From Escherichia phage vB_EcoM_ESCO10, in the sequence record OM386655.1: a stretch of 64,000 nucleotides of DNA; one strand, written 5' to 3'. The position numbers were made by a program, and so were the translations under genes. Shown here piece by piece: positions 11,173-24,634 of this stretch (its first letter is position 1; every line of letters begins with the position of its first letter). The notes beneath the pieces are model-generated. The model ran no database searches, was not told the DNA's origin, and saw only the letters and a program-made list of their open reading frames with translations.

Positions 11173-13335
11173 ATGATTGACAAACTGAGTATTAAAGAAC
11201 TTCCGTTTGTCGATGGTGTACCTGATGCATCCCAAGAGCGTATCCGTTGGATACGCAATGGTGAATGTATTGAAGGAGCCACGACTAAATACGGCCACGA
11301 CGGTAATTTGAATGCTCCTGCTTTAGGAGTACAAACTAACGTAGTTAGATTAGAAGAAAACGGCATAGCTTCTAAAGACAAAATTAATGAGCTTGTAGAT
11401 AACGTTAATTTAATTAATGAAGCCCTGGATATTTCTACTGATACAGCTGTTATTCAGCAAATTGAAAAGAACCGTGTCGATATATTGGCCGTAGATGAAA
11501 AGGCTTCCGAGACTAAAAAGGAATTAAGTGACTTAACAGTTAATTTTAATTTTTTAGAAGAAGACGTCGGTTATTATGACCCGACTTTAGATGGTCCATA
11601 TCTCACTGTTAGAGAAAATATAAATCTTCTTAAATCAGAAATTGGTCATTATGCAAACCAAGATATAAACAGTCAGCCGCTTCCTCCGGGTGAAACTTCT
11701 GAAGCCACCGGTATGAAACGCCGTATTATGGATAATACCAGTGCTATTGTCGACCATTCACAACGTATAGATACCCTTGAAAAGAATTATGAAGATTCTG
11801 ATGTAGGTCAACTCGGGCTTAAACTTAACGAAATTCGTGAAGAACTCGGTCCACACATTGATACGGTAGGTAAACAACCCGCTTATACTAGAATTTCCAC
11901 TCTCGAGACGGCGGCCGTAAGCTTTAACGAATCTATAGATTCTATCAAATCCAGCATAGGCTTTGATACGGGTCCTATTGATACCAGAGTAACTACATTA
12001 GAAACTAAAACATCCGTCCTAGAAAACACCGTTAATAACAGTTTGGTCCCTAGGGTTACTGCAGTAGAAACTGCCATCGGTGCTGCCGATACCCCTACTT
12101 CTATTAATGGCAGATTAGGTGGCTTGCGTACTGATGTTAACGAGTTAAAAACTATAGTTGGTGCTAGTTCATCTGAAGGGCTTCGTTTTCAGGTTTCTGA
12201 TATAGATCGTAAAATCGGCGCTGACGTAAGCCCAGCGGCCGGAACTATCAATAAACGTTTGAACGACCTTACAACTCAAGGTAATACTTCAGCCTCTACT
12301 ATTCAGGATTTGCAGGCAGAAATTGGTAATAACCAGACAGGTATCAAAGGTTCTATTCTTAAAATCACCAACCAAGTTGAAGGAACAAACCCCAACGGTA
12401 GTACTGTAGAAGAACGAGGGTTAATAAACTCTGTTAAAGGCCTTGAAGCTCAGATGACTACAAAATTGGGCGAAGCACCGACTGATGGTAAAATGTACGG
12501 ACGTAAGGATGCAGCATGGACTGAAATTCTTGACAGCACTACAGAGGTCGATGCGGTAAAAGCTTCTTTATTGGTTACTGACGGTAAGGTATCAGCTTTA
12601 ACGGCTAGAGTCGATACTAATGACGCTTCCATTTCTTCTCTTGATACCAGAACAGGTGCTTTAAACACCTCAGTAGGAGAAATTAAAGCCGATATTGTTT
12701 TGTTAAAATCTAAAGATACGGAGCAAGATAATCGTATTACTGCTTTGGAAGAAAGTGACGTAACAATTAATGGCAAAATAACGGCATTAGAAACCAAGAC
12801 CGATACCACTGATTCTGACGTTACTGCTTTGGCTTTAGATGTGAGTTCTATAGAATCACAATTAACTCCTATTAAAGCCGATATAAGCAAGAATAAAGGT
12901 GATATCGTTACTTTAACAGGACGAGTAGCGGCTAATGAAGGTGAAATTACTGATATTAAATTAGATACCGCTAAAATAACTCCTTTAACAACTCGTGTAA
13001 CCACAGCTGAAGGTAAAATAACTACCCTTGAAACGGGTTTAGCCGCAGTTAAAGTTGAATCGGATAAAGTAGCAGGAATTGATACCCGTTTAGGTACGGT
13101 CGAAGGTAAAGTTGGTACTCTTGAAACAGGTTTGGCTGCAGTTAAGGTCGAATCTGATAAAGTTGCTGATTTAGGGACCCGTTTAACTGCTGCTGAAGCA
13201 AAAATTACTGCTTTAGAAACAGAATTGACCAAACGTCCACCTGCTGCCCCTGTTGCAGACGGACTCCCGTATGTTCTGGTTGATAACGCATGGGTATTAT
13301 TGTCCGATTTTGTGACTTTAAACCCGGCACCATAA
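11173..13335 (+). CDS. wac: fibritin (whisker/neck fibre), expanded coiled-coil form
   Basis: 720 aa; long heptad coiled-coil body and C-terminal foldon-like LPYVLVDNAWVLLSDF; located between genes 12 and 13. Confidence 0.88.
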   Translation: MIDKLSIKELPFVDGVPDASQERIRWIRNGECIEGATTKYGHDGNLNAPALGVQTNVVRLEENGIASKDKINELVDNVNLINEALDISTDTAVIQQIEKNRVDILAVDEKASETKKELSDLTVNFNFLEEDVGYYDPTLDGPYLTVRENINLLKSEIGHYANQDINSQPLPPGETSEATGMKRRIMDNTSAIVDHSQRIDTLEKNYEDSDVGQLGLKLNEIREELGPHIDTVGKQPAYTRISTLETAAVSFNESIDSIKSSIGFDTGPIDTRVTTLETKTSVLENTVNNSLVPRVTAVETAIGAADTPTSINGRLGGLRTDVNELKTIVGASSSEGLRFQVSDIDRKIGADVSPAAGTINKRLNDLTTQGNTSASTIQDLQAEIGNNQTGIKGSILKITNQVEGTNPNGSTVEERGLINSVKGLEAQMTTKLGEAPTDGKMYGRKDAAWTEILDSTTEVDAVKASLLVTDGKVSALTARVDTNDASISSLDTRTGALNTSVGEIKADIVLLKSKDTEQDNRITALEESDVTINGKITALETKTDTTDSDVTALALDVSSIESQLTPIKADISKNKGDIVTLTGRVAANEGEITDIKLDTAKITPLTTRVTTAEGKITTLETGLAAVKVESDKVAGIDTRLGTVEGKVGTLETGLAAVKVESDKVADLGTRLTAAEAKITALETELTKRPPAAPVADGLPYVLVDNAWVLLSDFVTLNPAP
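13021..13212 (+). repeat. tandem ~96-bp (32-aa) coiled-coil repeat inside wac
   Basis: Two consecutive diverged units encoding TLETGLAAVKVESDKVA(G/D)..TRL...E.K. Confidence 0.7.
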
Positions 13336-13340
13336 TAAAA

Positions 13341-13352
13341 GGGCTTCGGCCC
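13341..13352 (+). terminator. intrinsic terminator hairpin (GGGC-UUCG-GCCC) followed by T6
   Basis: Seen directly after wac stop; UUCG tetraloop; T-run 13353-13358. Confidence 0.7.
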
Positions 13353-13360
13353 TTTTTTGC

Positions 13361-13368
13361 TATAAATA
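13361..13368 (+). promoter_or_regulatory. T4-type late promoter TATAAATA
   Basis: Exact TATAAATA 22 nt upstream of gene 13 ATG. Confidence 0.75.
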
Positions 13369-13389
13369 CGGTTATTAGAGGAATAAAAC

Positions 13390-14322
13390 ATGGCAAGCGA
13401 ATCATTTAACCCTAAGCAACTCAAGGACGCTATCCTGCGCCGCCTGGGTGCGCCGATTACAAATATTGAAGTAACTACAGACCAAGTATACGATTGCATC
13501 CAGCGAGCCCTAGAGCTCTACGGTGAGTATCATTATAACGGGTATAACAAAGGCTATCAGGCTTTTTATATCGGTCATGACGATGAAGAAAAATTCCGTA
13601 ATGGGGTATTTGACCTTAAAGGCCGTAATATATTTGCAGTGACACAAATTTTGAGAACCAATGTAGGTTCTTTAACATCTATGGATGGGCAAGCAACTTA
13701 TCCATGGTTTACTGATTTTGTATTAGGCTTAGCAGGTATTAATGGCGGGTTAGGGTCTTCGTGTAACAGTTTTGGACCTAATGCCTTCGGTGCTGACCTT
13801 GGTTATTTTACCCAACTAATGCAATATCGTTCTATGATGCAGGACCTTTTGGTTCCACTACCTGATTATTGGTATAACGACGCCACCGAACAGTTGAAGG
13901 TAATGGGTAACTTTGTTAAAGGTGATTTTATTGTAATTGAAGTTTATACTCGCTCTTTTAATGGAGTGGATTCTATGGTAGGAAATACCGTAGGATATGG
14001 TTATGCTTCATCTTGTGGTGAAGATGCATGGAGTCCAGGTGCTGTTTGGGATAATCCGGCTCGTCGTATTTCTGGTATGCGTGTAGGTGAGGACCTTGGT
14101 CTTCAAGATGGTGCATATAATAACCGTTGGGTTAAAGATTATGCTACTGCATTGGTTAAAGAAGTCAATGGTAATATTTTAGCCAAACACCAAGGCATGC
14201 AACTTGCAGGTGGAACCACCGTAGATGGTATTCGATTGATTGAAGAAGCTCGTTTAGAAAAAGAACGTCTTCGCGAAGAATTGGATTTACTCGACCCACC
14301 AACACCTATTTTAATTGGATAA
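13390..14322 (+). CDS. 13: neck protein gp13
   Basis: 310 aa; [38 protein letters not shown] matches T4 gp13 N-terminal region. Confidence 0.93.
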   Translation: MASESFNPKQLKDAILRRLGAPITNIEVTTDQVYDCIQRALELYGEYHYNGYNKGYQAFYIGHDDEEKFRNGVFDLKGRNIFAVTQILRTNVGSLTSMDGQATYPWFTDFVLGLAGINGGLGSSCNSFGPNAFGADLGYFTQLMQYRSMMQDLLVPLPDYWYNDATEQLKVMGNFVKGDFIVIEVYTRSFNGVDSMVGNTVGYGYASSCGEDAWSPGAVWDNPARRISGMRVGEDLGLQDGAYNNRWVKDYATALVKEVNGNILAKHQGMQLAGGTTVDGIRLIEEARLEKERLREELDLLDPPTPILIG

Positions 14323-14324
14323 TT

Positions 14325-14969
14325 ATGAACTATAATAAGATTTACAAATCTTTAATAAATAAGGGCCTCGAAAGAGGTCTAAATAAAAAGAAGGTAGGGT
14401 TTTATACAGAGAAGCATCATATTGTCCCTAAATCCATGGGTGGTAGTGAAGACAAATCTAATTTTGTTCTTTTAACCGCTAGAGAACATTTTGTAGCTCA
14501 TCAATTATTGTATAAAATACACAAAAACCGTTCTATGGCCCATGCTATGATTAATATGTGTGCTGATAGCACAGGTAATAGGGTTAATTCTAAGTTATTA
14601 GATTGGCACCGTAAAGCTAAGGCTAAGGCCCAAAGTGAGATGGTTTCAGGTGAAAACCATCCTATGTATAACAAGAAACATAAAAAAGAAACATTAGAAA
14701 AAATGAGATTGGCCAAATTAGGCGTCCCATGGACTGAAGAAGTTAAGGAATCTAGAAGAGAAGAATTACTTAAAACCTCTGAACACGCTAGGACTTTCAT
14801 CGACTATAAATCTGGCGGAGAAAATCCAGCCGCAAAGAAAATATGTATAGAAGGTATAGTATTTGATTATATGGAAGAAGCGGTTCCTTGGTGTAATATA
14901 ACAAGAAGAACTCTTTTAAATAGAATCAAATCTTCAGACCCTAAATGGAGGGATTGGAATTATGTCTAA
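14325..14969 (+). CDS. free-standing HNH homing endonuclease (HNH + NUMOD-like motifs)
   Basis: 214 aa; [31 protein letters not shown] is an HNH motif; [11 protein letters not shown] and ENPAAKK motifs; wedged between genes 13 and 14 with 8-nt overlap of gene 14. Confidence 0.8.
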   Translation: MNYNKIYKSLINKGLERGLNKKKVGFYTEKHHIVPKSMGGSEDKSNFVLLTAREHFVAHQLLYKIHKNRSMAHAMINMCADSTGNRVNSKLLDWHRKAKAKAQSEMVSGENHPMYNKKHKKETLEKMRLAKLGVPWTEEVKESRREELLKTSEHARTFIDYKSGGENPAAKKICIEGIVFDYMEEAVPWCNITRRTLLNRIKSSDPKWRDWNYV

Positions 14970-15738
14970 CACTTTTGATTCAAGCTTATTTGCTAGGCTT
15001 GAGGATGGTTCAGGTTACGTTAATACAAATAAAAGCGAAATTCTCAATCCGTTCGTCAACTTTTATCGCCATGAGAATACTCAAACATTGGCCGATGCTT
15101 TAGTTGCAGAATCTATCCAAATGAGGGGAATTCCTTTATATTATATCCCTAGACAGTATGTTAAGCCTGACCAATTGTTCGGCGAAGACCTCCAAAACAA
15201 GTTTACAGTGGCCTGGAAGTTTGCGGGTTATTTGGATTCCTTTGAAGGATATTCTGGTGACAATACTTATTTCAGTAAGTTTGGTATGATGGTTAATGAT
15301 GAAGTAACAATCACAATTAACCCTAACCTTTTTAAACATCAATGCAACGGTACTGAACCAGCTTCAGGTGATTTGATTTATTTCCCTATGGACAACAGCC
15401 TATTTGAAATTAACTGGGTTCAACCTTACGACCCGTTCTATCAAGTTGGTACAAACGTCCAGCGTCGTATTACTGCTACCAAGTTCATTTATAATGGTGA
15501 AGAACTTCGTCCTGAATTACAGAGAAATGAAGGTATTAATATTCCTGAATTCAGTGAGCTTGATTTAATGCCTGTTAAGAATATTGATGGGTTGGCTGAT
15601 ATCTCAGATATCCAATACGAAGAGGTTAATGAGATTAATGCTGAAGCGGCGGAATTCGTACACCCTTATGTGGTGATTAATGGTAGAGGAGAAGATGCTC
15701 CTCCTACAGCATTTGATGATGCTTTTTTAGATGATTAA
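14962..15738 (+). CDS. 14: neck protein gp14
   Basis: 258 aa, size and position as T4 gp14. Confidence 0.92.
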   Translation: MSNTFDSSLFARLEDGSGYVNTNKSEILNPFVNFYRHENTQTLADALVAESIQMRGIPLYYIPRQYVKPDQLFGEDLQNKFTVAWKFAGYLDSFEGYSGDNTYFSKFGMMVNDEVTITINPNLFKHQCNGTEPASGDLIYFPMDNSLFEINWVQPYDPFYQVGTNVQRRITATKFIYNGEELRPELQRNEGINIPEFSELDLMPVKNIDGLADISDIQYEEVNEINAEAAEFVHPYVVINGRGEDAPPTAFDDAFLDD

Positions 15739-15745
15739 ATAATAC

Positions 15746-15764
15746 ATGGCGCATAGTGCGCCAT
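15746..15764 (+). terminator. hairpin ATGGCGCA-TAG-TGCGCCAT after gene 14
   Basis: 8-bp stem, 3-nt loop, seen directly; sits between gene 14 stop and gene 15 SD. Confidence 0.4.
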
Positions 15765-15776
15765 TTAGGAGGTTTG

Positions 15777-16639
15777 ATGTTTGGACATTGGTATAATAGT
15801 TCGCTACGTCGCTATATTGTTTTGATGGGTGATTTATTTTCCCATGTTCAAGTAGCGCGTCAAAGAGAAGACACAGGGCTTAAATTTATTAAAGTTCCTA
15901 TTACATATGCTTCTAAAGAAAGATTTATGGCTAATTTAGGTAAGTGGACGGCAGTTCAAAATATCCCAAATCCTAATATGTCTCCTAAAGAAAGGGCTGA
16001 ACAAAAAGCTAAAGTGGAAACTGTTCTTCCACGTATGAACCTTCAAATGGTTGACATGCTTTATAACTCACAATACAAAACAGCCCTTCAAAATAGAACA
16101 CAAATACAATTTGAGAACGGAGACCCGCGAAAACGAGTCAGCCAATATTCTCCTACTCCAGTAAAAATGATTTTTGAACTAGGAATTTACACTAGAACTC
16201 AAGATGATATGTTCCAAATTGTGGAACAAATTATGCCATATTTCCAACCTCACTTTAATACAACAATTACCGAACTCTATACAAACGAAATTAAATTTGA
16301 CCGCGACATTCGTATTGTATTTCAATCTATAGCAATGGACGAACAATTAGAAGGTGATACCAGTTCACGTCGTCGCTTGGAATGGTCTATGATGTTTGAG
16401 GTTAACGGATGGCTGTATCCTCCTGTTAAAGAAATGGAAGGCGAAATCAAAACCATTTATCTTGATTTCTTTGCCAACTCTAAAGAACTCGCTCCTGAAG
16501 GTAATTTTGAATCTGTTGATAGCGAAGTGGTTCCTAGAGGTGTAGAAGAAAAAGAATGGGATGGTAGATCCATTCAAACATATTCACAAGATATTCCGGT
16601 GCCTGTTGAACCAGAACCTCCAGCACCAAGGAGAAACTC

Positions 16640-16643
<4 letters not shown>
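15777..16643 (+). CDS. 15: tail sheath stabiliser / tail completion protein gp15
   Basis: ORF track starts at GTG 15756; ATG 15777 preceded by AGGAGG gives MFGHWYNSS matching T4 gp15 N-terminus. Confidence 0.9.
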
Positions 16644-18953
<2,310 letters not shown>

Positions 18954-18982
18954 ACAATAAAGCATAACCAAGAGGATTCAAA

Positions 18983-20965
18983 ATGGCTTTATTATCACCG
19001 GGCATTGAGCTCAAAGAAACGTCCGTACAGAGTACTGTCGTTCGTAACGCAACGGGTCGTGCAGCGCTGGTTGGTAAATTCCAGTGGGGCCCTGCTTTCC
19101 AGGTAACTCAGATTACTAATGAAGTTGAACTGGTCGACTTATTTGGTGGCCCTAATAACGAAGTAGCAGATTACTTTATGTCTGGTATGAACTTCCTCCA
19201 GTATGGTAATGACCTTCGTACAGTACGTGTTGTTAGTCGCGACCACGCTAAAAACGCATCTCCAGTTGCAGGTAACATTGAGACCACTATTACTACGGCA
19301 GGTTCTAACTATGCAGTAGGCGATAAAATCAATATCAAATATAACCAGACTGTTGTCGAATCTGAAGGTCGTGTGACTTCCGTAGATACAGATGGTAAAA
19401 TTCTTTCTGTGTTTATTCCATCAGCAAAAATTATTGCTTATGCCCGTTCTTTAAACCAGTATCCTACCCTAGGCCCGGCTTGGACCGCTGAAGTTACTTC
19501 TGCATCTTCTGGTGTGTCTGGTACTATTACTGTTGGTAAAATCGTAACCGATTCCGGTATTCTTTTGACCGAAGCCGAGAATAGTGAAGAAGCTATTACT
19601 TCTCTTGAATTCCAAGCGGCCCTTAAGAAATTTGCTATGCCAGGTGTCGTGGCTCTTTATCCGGGTGAAATTGGTTCTACTCTGGAAGTTGAAATTGTTT
19701 CTAAAGCAGCTTATGATGCTGGTTCTTCTAAAATGTTGGATATTTATCCAAATGGCGGCACTCGTGCTTCTATTGCCAAGGCGGTATTTAATTACGGTCC
19801 ACAAACAGATGACCAATATGCCATTATTGTTAGACGTGATGGTGCTATCGTAGAATCTGTCGTACTTTCTACCAAAGAAGGTGAAAAAGACGTTTACGGT
19901 AATAACATTTATCTTGATGATTATTTCGCTAAAGGTACTTCTAACTATATTTTTGCTACCTCTTTGAATTGGCCTAAAGGCTTTAGTGGTATCATCAATC
20001 TTATGGGTGGTGTATCTGCGAACGATCAAGTTACTGCCGGTGATTTGATGCAGGGTTGGGATTTGTTTGCTGATCGCGAAGCACTCCATATTAACCTGCT
20101 TATTGCTGGTGCTGTTGCAGGTGAAGGTGATGAAGTAGCTTCTACTGTTCAGAAACATGTTGTGAGTATTGCTGATGAACGCCAGGATTGCTTAGCATTT
20201 ATTTCTCCTCCTAAAGGACTGTTGGTTAACGTTCCACTGACTCGTGCAGTAGATAACCTTATTGACTGGCGTACTGGCGCGGCACTGTTCGATACTAACA
20301 ACATGAACATCAGTACTACTTATGCTGCTATTGACGGTAACTATAAATATCAGTATGACAAATATAACGATGTTAACCGTTGGGTTCCGTTAGCTGCTGA
20401 TATGGCTGGCTTGTGTGCACGTACGGATGATGTGTCTCAGCCTTGGATGTCTCCGGCTGGTTATAACCGTGGTCAGATTCTTAACGTTCTGAAATTGGCA
20501 ATTGAACCGCGTCAAGCACAACGTGACCGCATGTACCAGGAAGCTATTAACCCGGTTGTTGGTTTTGCTGGTGGTGATGGTTTCGTATTGTTTGGTGATA
20601 AGACTGCAACTAAAGTTCCATCTCCGATGGACCATATTAACGTTCGCCGTCTGTTCAACATGCTTAAGAAAAATATTGGTGATGCCTCTAAATATAAACT
20701 GTTTGAGTTGAATGATAACTTCACTCGTTCAAGCTTCCGTATGGAAGTTTCTCAGTACTTAGATGGTATTAAGGCACTTGGTGGGATTTATGAAGGACGT
20801 GTGGTTTGTGATACTACAGTGAACACCCCTGCGGTTATTGACCGTAACGAGTTTATTGCTAATATCTATGTTAAGCCTGCTCGTTCTATTAACTACATCA
20901 CGTTGAACTTCGTTGCAACGAGCACTGGTGCTGATTTTGATGAATTGATTGGACCTCTAGTATAA
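18983..20965 (+). CDS. 18: tail sheath protein gp18
   Basis: 660 aa; N-terminus MALLSPGIELKETSVQS and overall size match T4 gp18. Confidence 0.97.
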   Translation: MALLSPGIELKETSVQSTVVRNATGRAALVGKFQWGPAFQVTQITNEVELVDLFGGPNNEVADYFMSGMNFLQYGNDLRTVRVVSRDHAKNASPVAGNIETTITTAGSNYAVGDKINIKYNQTVVESEGRVTSVDTDGKILSVFIPSAKIIAYARSLNQYPTLGPAWTAEVTSASSGVSGTITVGKIVTDSGILLTEAENSEEAITSLEFQAALKKFAMPGVVALYPGEIGSTLEVEIVSKAAYDAGSSKMLDIYPNGGTRASIAKAVFNYGPQTDDQYAIIVRRDGAIVESVVLSTKEGEKDVYGNNIYLDDYFAKGTSNYIFATSLNWPKGFSGIINLMGGVSANDQVTAGDLMQGWDLFADREALHINLLIAGAVAGEGDEVASTVQKHVVSIADERQDCLAFISPPKGLLVNVPLTRAVDNLIDWRTGAALFDTNNMNISTTYAAIDGNYKYQYDKYNDVNRWVPLAADMAGLCARTDDVSQPWMSPAGYNRGQILNVLKLAIEPRQAQRDRMYQEAINPVVGFAGGDGFVLFGDKTATKVPSPMDHINVRRLFNMLKKNIGDASKYKLFELNDNFTRSSFRMEVSQYLDGIKALGGIYEGRVVCDTTVNTPAVIDRNEFIANIYVKPARSINYITLNFVATSTGADFDELIGPLV

Positions 20966-21091
20966 TCTATTATCCCAGGCTGTAATATAAAGAACCTAAA
21001 ACCATTATACCATGTGTTTGGTTACAGCGTATATCACGCAGGAATTGCGCCTGGGGTTGGTTAACTATCAGGAATATGATTTATCAACTGT

Positions 21092-21099
21092 TATAAATA
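21092..21099 (+). promoter_or_regulatory. T4-type late promoter TATAAATA
   Basis: Exact TATAAATA in the 18/19 intergenic region. Confidence 0.7.
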
Positions 21100-21112
21100 A
21101 ATTAATCAGAAC

Positions 21113-21133
21113 GTTCCTGGTGTGGCCAGGAAC
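21113..21133 (+). promoter_or_regulatory. 5'-leader hairpin GTTCCTGG-TGTGG-CCAGGAAC upstream of gene 19
   Basis: 8-bp perfect stem seen between late promoter and SD of gene 19. Confidence 0.45.
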
Positions 21134-21151
21134 TGACTTATGAGGCATCCC

Positions 21152-21643
21152 ATGGAGTTGACAGATATCACTCGTGCGTTTGAGTCAGGTGACTTTGCAC
21201 GCCCTAACCTTTTCGAAGTGGAAATTCCATTTCTTGGTAAAAACTTTAGCTTTAAATGTAAAGCAGCACCTATGCCGGCTGGCATTGTAGAAAAAGTACC
21301 AGTTGGCTACATGAACCGTAAAATTAACGTAGCTGGTGACCGTACATTTGATGATTGGACCATTACCATTTATAACGATGATGCTCATGACACCCGTCAG
21401 GCAATTGTTGATTGGCAGAACCTCTGTCATGGTATGACTAATGAAATTACCGGTGCTGCACCTGCAGAATATAAGAAACAAGCAATTGTTCGTCAGTTCC
21501 ACCGTGACGGCAAGACTGTGACTAAAGAAGTTACAATTTACGGCTTATGGCCTACTAACGTTGGTGAAGTCCAGATGGATTGGGATTCAAACAACGAGGT
21601 AGAAACTTTCGAATCTACGTTCGCTATCGATTGGTGGGAATGA
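21152..21643 (+). CDS. 19: tail tube protein gp19
   Basis: ORF track starts at ATG 21140; second ATG 21152 gives 163 aa MELTDITRAFESGDFARPNLF aligning with T4 gp19 start; GAGG SD 6 nt upstream. Confidence 0.93.
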   Translation: MELTDITRAFESGDFARPNLFEVEIPFLGKNFSFKCKAAPMPAGIVEKVPVGYMNRKINVAGDRTFDDWTITIYNDDAHDTRQAIVDWQNLCHGMTNEITGAAPAEYKKQAIVRQFHRDGKTVTKEVTIYGLWPTNVGEVQMDWDSNNEVETFESTFAIDWWE

Positions 21644-21644
21644 G

Positions 21645-21652
21645 TATAAATA
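21645..21652 (+). promoter_or_regulatory. T4-type late promoter TATAAATA
   Basis: Exact TATAAATA 49 nt upstream of gene 20. Confidence 0.75.
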
Positions 21653-21660
21653 GAACTATA

Positions 21661-21678
21661 AAGGAGCTTCGGCTCCTT
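21661..21678 (+). promoter_or_regulatory. 5'-leader hairpin AAGGAGC-UUCG-GCUCCUU upstream of gene 20
   Basis: 7-bp stem with UUCG tetraloop, 9 nt after late promoter. Confidence 0.5.
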
Positions 21679-21700
21679 ATCCCATTCATCGGAGACTCTA

Positions 21701-23275
21701 ATGGCAAACTTTAATACAATATTAAGTTTTCTTAAGCCATGGGCTAATGAAGACGAAAAAGAATATAAACAACAATTAAATAACAATTTAGAGTCTGTCA
21801 CTGCACCTAAGCTTGATGATGGCGCTCGCGAAATTGAAACCCAAGAGCAAAATATCCCTTATAATGCTCTTATGCAACAAATGTTTGGTAGTAATGAGCC
21901 TGAAGTAAAAAACACCAGGGAACTCATTGATACCTACCGTAATTTGATGAATAACTATGAAGTCGATAATGCAGTTCAAGAAATTGTGTCCGATGCTATT
22001 GTCTACGAGGATGATAAAGAAGTAGTTGCATTAAATTTAGACGGGACAGATTTCAGTCAATCAATTAAAGATAAAATTTTGGCTGAATTTAGTGAAGTTT
22101 TGAATCTTTTAAATTTCCAACGTAAAGGCACCGACCATTTCCAGCGTTGGTATGTAGACTCGAGAATATTCTTTCATAAAATTATAAACCCTAAAAAAAT
22201 GAAAGATGGTATACAAGAGCTCCGTCGTTTAGACCCTCGCCAACTCCAATATATCCGTGAAATTGTTACACGTATGGAAGACGGCGTTAAAATCGTTGAT
22301 GGGTATCGCGAGTTTTTCGTTTACGATACGGGTCATGAAAGTTATTGTGCTGATGGACGTGTTTATTCAGCTGGTACTAAAGTTAAAATTCCTCGTGCTG
22401 CAGTGGTTTATGCACATTCCGGATTATTAGATTGTTGTGGTAAAAACATCATAGGTTATTTGCAACGGGCTATCAAACCTGCAAACCAGCTTAAATTGAT
22501 GGAAGACGCAATGGTCATCTATCGTATTACCCGTGCTCCAGACCGTCGTGTATTTTATATCGATACAGGAAATATGCCTTCTCGTAAGGCCGCAGCACAA
22601 ATGCAACATATCATGAACACGATGAAAAACCGTGTAGTATATGATGCTTCGACAGGTAAAATTAAAAACCAACAACACAATATGTCAATGACTGAAGACT
22701 ATTGGTTGCAACGTCGAGACGGTAAAGCAGTTACAGAAGTTGATACTATGCCTGGTGCCACAGGTATGAGTGATATGGATGACGTTCTTTATTTCCGCAC
22801 AGCACTTTATCGTGCGCTGCGTATCCCAGAGTCACGTATCCCTAGTGAATCTAATTCCGGCGTTATGTTTGATGCTGGCACAGCTATAACTCGTGATGAG
22901 TTGAAATTTGCTAAATGGATTCGTCAACTCCAAAATAAATTCGAAGAAATTTTCTTAGACCCATTAAAAACAAACCTCATTCTTAAAAAGATTATTACAG
23001 AAGATGAGTGGGAAAGAGAAATAAATAATATTAAAGTTACGTTCAATCGTGATAGCTATTTCAGTGAAATGAAAGATGCTGAAATCATGGAACGCAGAAT
23101 CAATATGCTAACGATGGCTGAACCATTTATTGGTAAGTATATTTCACATCAAACGGCTATGAAAGATTTCCTTCAGATGACTGACGAAGAAATTAATCAA
23201 GAAGCTAAGCAAATTGAAGAAGAGTCTAAAGAGGCTCGTTTCCAAAACCCAGATGAAGAAGAAGAGGATTTCTAA
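21701..23275 (+). CDS. 20: portal vertex protein gp20
   Basis: 524 aa, same length as T4 gp20; synteny. Confidence 0.96.
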   Translation: MANFNTILSFLKPWANEDEKEYKQQLNNNLESVTAPKLDDGAREIETQEQNIPYNALMQQMFGSNEPEVKNTRELIDTYRNLMNNYEVDNAVQEIVSDAIVYEDDKEVVALNLDGTDFSQSIKDKILAEFSEVLNLLNFQRKGTDHFQRWYVDSRIFFHKIINPKKMKDGIQELRRLDPRQLQYIREIVTRMEDGVKIVDGYREFFVYDTGHESYCADGRVYSAGTKVKIPRAAVVYAHSGLLDCCGKNIIGYLQRAIKPANQLKLMEDAMVIYRITRAPDRRVFYIDTGNMPSRKAAAQMQHIMNTMKNRVVYDASTGKIKNQQHNMSMTEDYWLQRRDGKAVTEVDTMPGATGMSDMDDVLYFRTALYRALRIPESRIPSESNSGVMFDAGTAITRDELKFAKWIRQLQNKFEEIFLDPLKTNLILKKIITEDEWEREINNIKVTFNRDSYFSEMKDAEIMERRINMLTMAEPFIGKYISHQTAMKDFLQMTDEEINQEAKQIEEESKEARFQNPDEEEEDF

Positions 23276-23541
23276 TGGAAGATTTAATCGAAGCTATTAA
23301 ATCAAACGACCTCGTAGCAGTTCGTAAAGCAGCAGGCCCGCTTATCGAATCTCGAGTAGCCGCTTTGATTGAAGCCCGTAAAGCAGAAATTGCTCGCTCC
23401 GTTATGATTGAAGGCGAAGAAGCCGAAGATGACGAAGACGAAGATAAAGACGAAAAATCCGATAAAGCAGATAAGAAAGACAAAAAAGAATCTGATGATG
23501 CGGATGAAGGTGATGACGACGATGACGAGGACGACGAATAA
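23275..23541 (+). CDS. 67: prohead core protein gp67
   Basis: 88 aa with highly acidic C-terminal tail ([13 protein letters not shown]...DDDDDEDDE); position after gene 20. Confidence 0.85.
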   Translation: MEDLIEAIKSNDLVAVRKAAGPLIESRVAALIEARKAEIARSVMIEGEEAEDDEDEDKDEKSDKADKKDKKESDDADEGDDDDDEDDE

Positions 23542-23969
23542 TGTTCCTTATCCCTGATGATTACGAATTAACTCTAGAAAGTGTAGAGGCCAAAATTCCA
23601 GAAGCACAGGGACGTTTTGCTGCTCTTTCTGAAGCCCTCGAGAAAAGCGATATAAATAATCTTGTAGAGAACATGATTGCTGATGGTGATATTGATACAG
23701 CTATTGCCATCGCCTCTTTGAATGAAAATATGGCTCTTAACGAATTTATCGTTAAGCACGTCTCCTCTAAAGGTGAGCTTACTCGTACTAAAGATATTAA
23801 AACCCGTCAACGCAACGCCTATCAAACGACTGGGTTATCTAAAGCAAAACGCCGTCAGATTGCTCGCAAAGCATCTAAAACCAAGCGTGCTAATCCATCT
23901 ACTCAAGTACGTGCTGAACGTAAGCGTAAAAAAGCTCGTTCTAAACGTAAAGCCTTTGGACTTAACTAA
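23541..23969 (+). CDS. 68: prohead core protein gp68
   Basis: 142 aa; basic C-terminus; position between 67 and 21. Confidence 0.82.
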   Translation: MFLIPDDYELTLESVEAKIPEAQGRFAALSEALEKSDINNLVENMIADGDIDTAIAIASLNENMALNEFIVKHVSSKGELTRTKDIKTRQRNAYQTTGLSKAKRRQIARKASKTKRANPSTQVRAERKRKKARSKRKAFGLN

Positions 23970-24604
23970 TGAAACCTGAATTGCTCATCGAACATTGGGG
24001 ACAACCAGGTGAAATTATCGATGGGGTTCCTATGTTGGAATCTCATGATGGAAAAAATTCTGGACTTGCCCCAGGCCTTTATATAGAAGGCGTATTCATG
24101 CAAGCCGAAGTAGTTAACCGTAATAAACGTCTTTATCCAAAACCTATTTTGGAAAAAGCCGTTGCCGATTATATGGCAGAACAAGTTGCTACTAAACAAG
24201 CTTTAGGAGAATTAAATCATCCGCCTCGTGCTAACGTCGACCCTATGCAAGCCGCTATTATTATTGAAGATATGTGGTGGAAAGGTAATGACGTTTATGG
24301 ACGTGCTCGTATTATTGAAGGCGACCATGGTCCTGGTGATAAACTAGCTGCTAATATTAGAGCCGGTTGGGTGCCTGGTGTTAGTTCTCGTGGTCTAGGT
24401 TCTTTAACCGAAACCAATAAAGGATATAAGCGTGTAAACGAAGGTTATAAATTAACCGTCGGTGTTGATGCAGTATGGGGACCATCTGCTCCTGATGCTT
24501 ATGTAACCCCGAAGCAAATTACAGAATCACAAACGGTAGAAACCGATACCAGTGCCGATGACGCCTTTATGGCTCTCGCAGAGGCCATGAAAAAAGCGTT
24601 ATAA
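23969..24604 (+). CDS. 21: prohead core protease gp21
   Basis: 211 aa; size and position as T4 gp21 (212 aa). Confidence 0.93.
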   Translation: MKPELLIEHWGQPGEIIDGVPMLESHDGKNSGLAPGLYIEGVFMQAEVVNRNKRLYPKPILEKAVADYMAEQVATKQALGELNHPPRANVDPMQAAIIIEDMWWKGNDVYGRARIIEGDHGPGDKLAANIRAGWVPGVSSRGLGSLTETNKGYKRVNEGYKLTVGVDAVWGPSAPDAYVTPKQITESQTVETDTSADDAFMALAEAMKKAL

Positions 24605-24607
24605 ATA
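24600..24607 (+). promoter_or_regulatory. T4-type late promoter TATAAATA
   Basis: Exact TATAAATA overlapping gene 21 stop, 28 nt upstream of gene 22. Confidence 0.65.
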
Positions 24608-24634
24608 TTATTATCTAAACAACAGGACTACAAA

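Noticed and set aside
12450-13499. 349-aa minus-strand ORF
   Set aside because: Antisense to the wac coiled-coil region; low-complexity translation; overlaps a well-supported gene
19469-20158. 229-aa minus-strand ORF
   Set aside because: Antisense inside tail sheath gene 18
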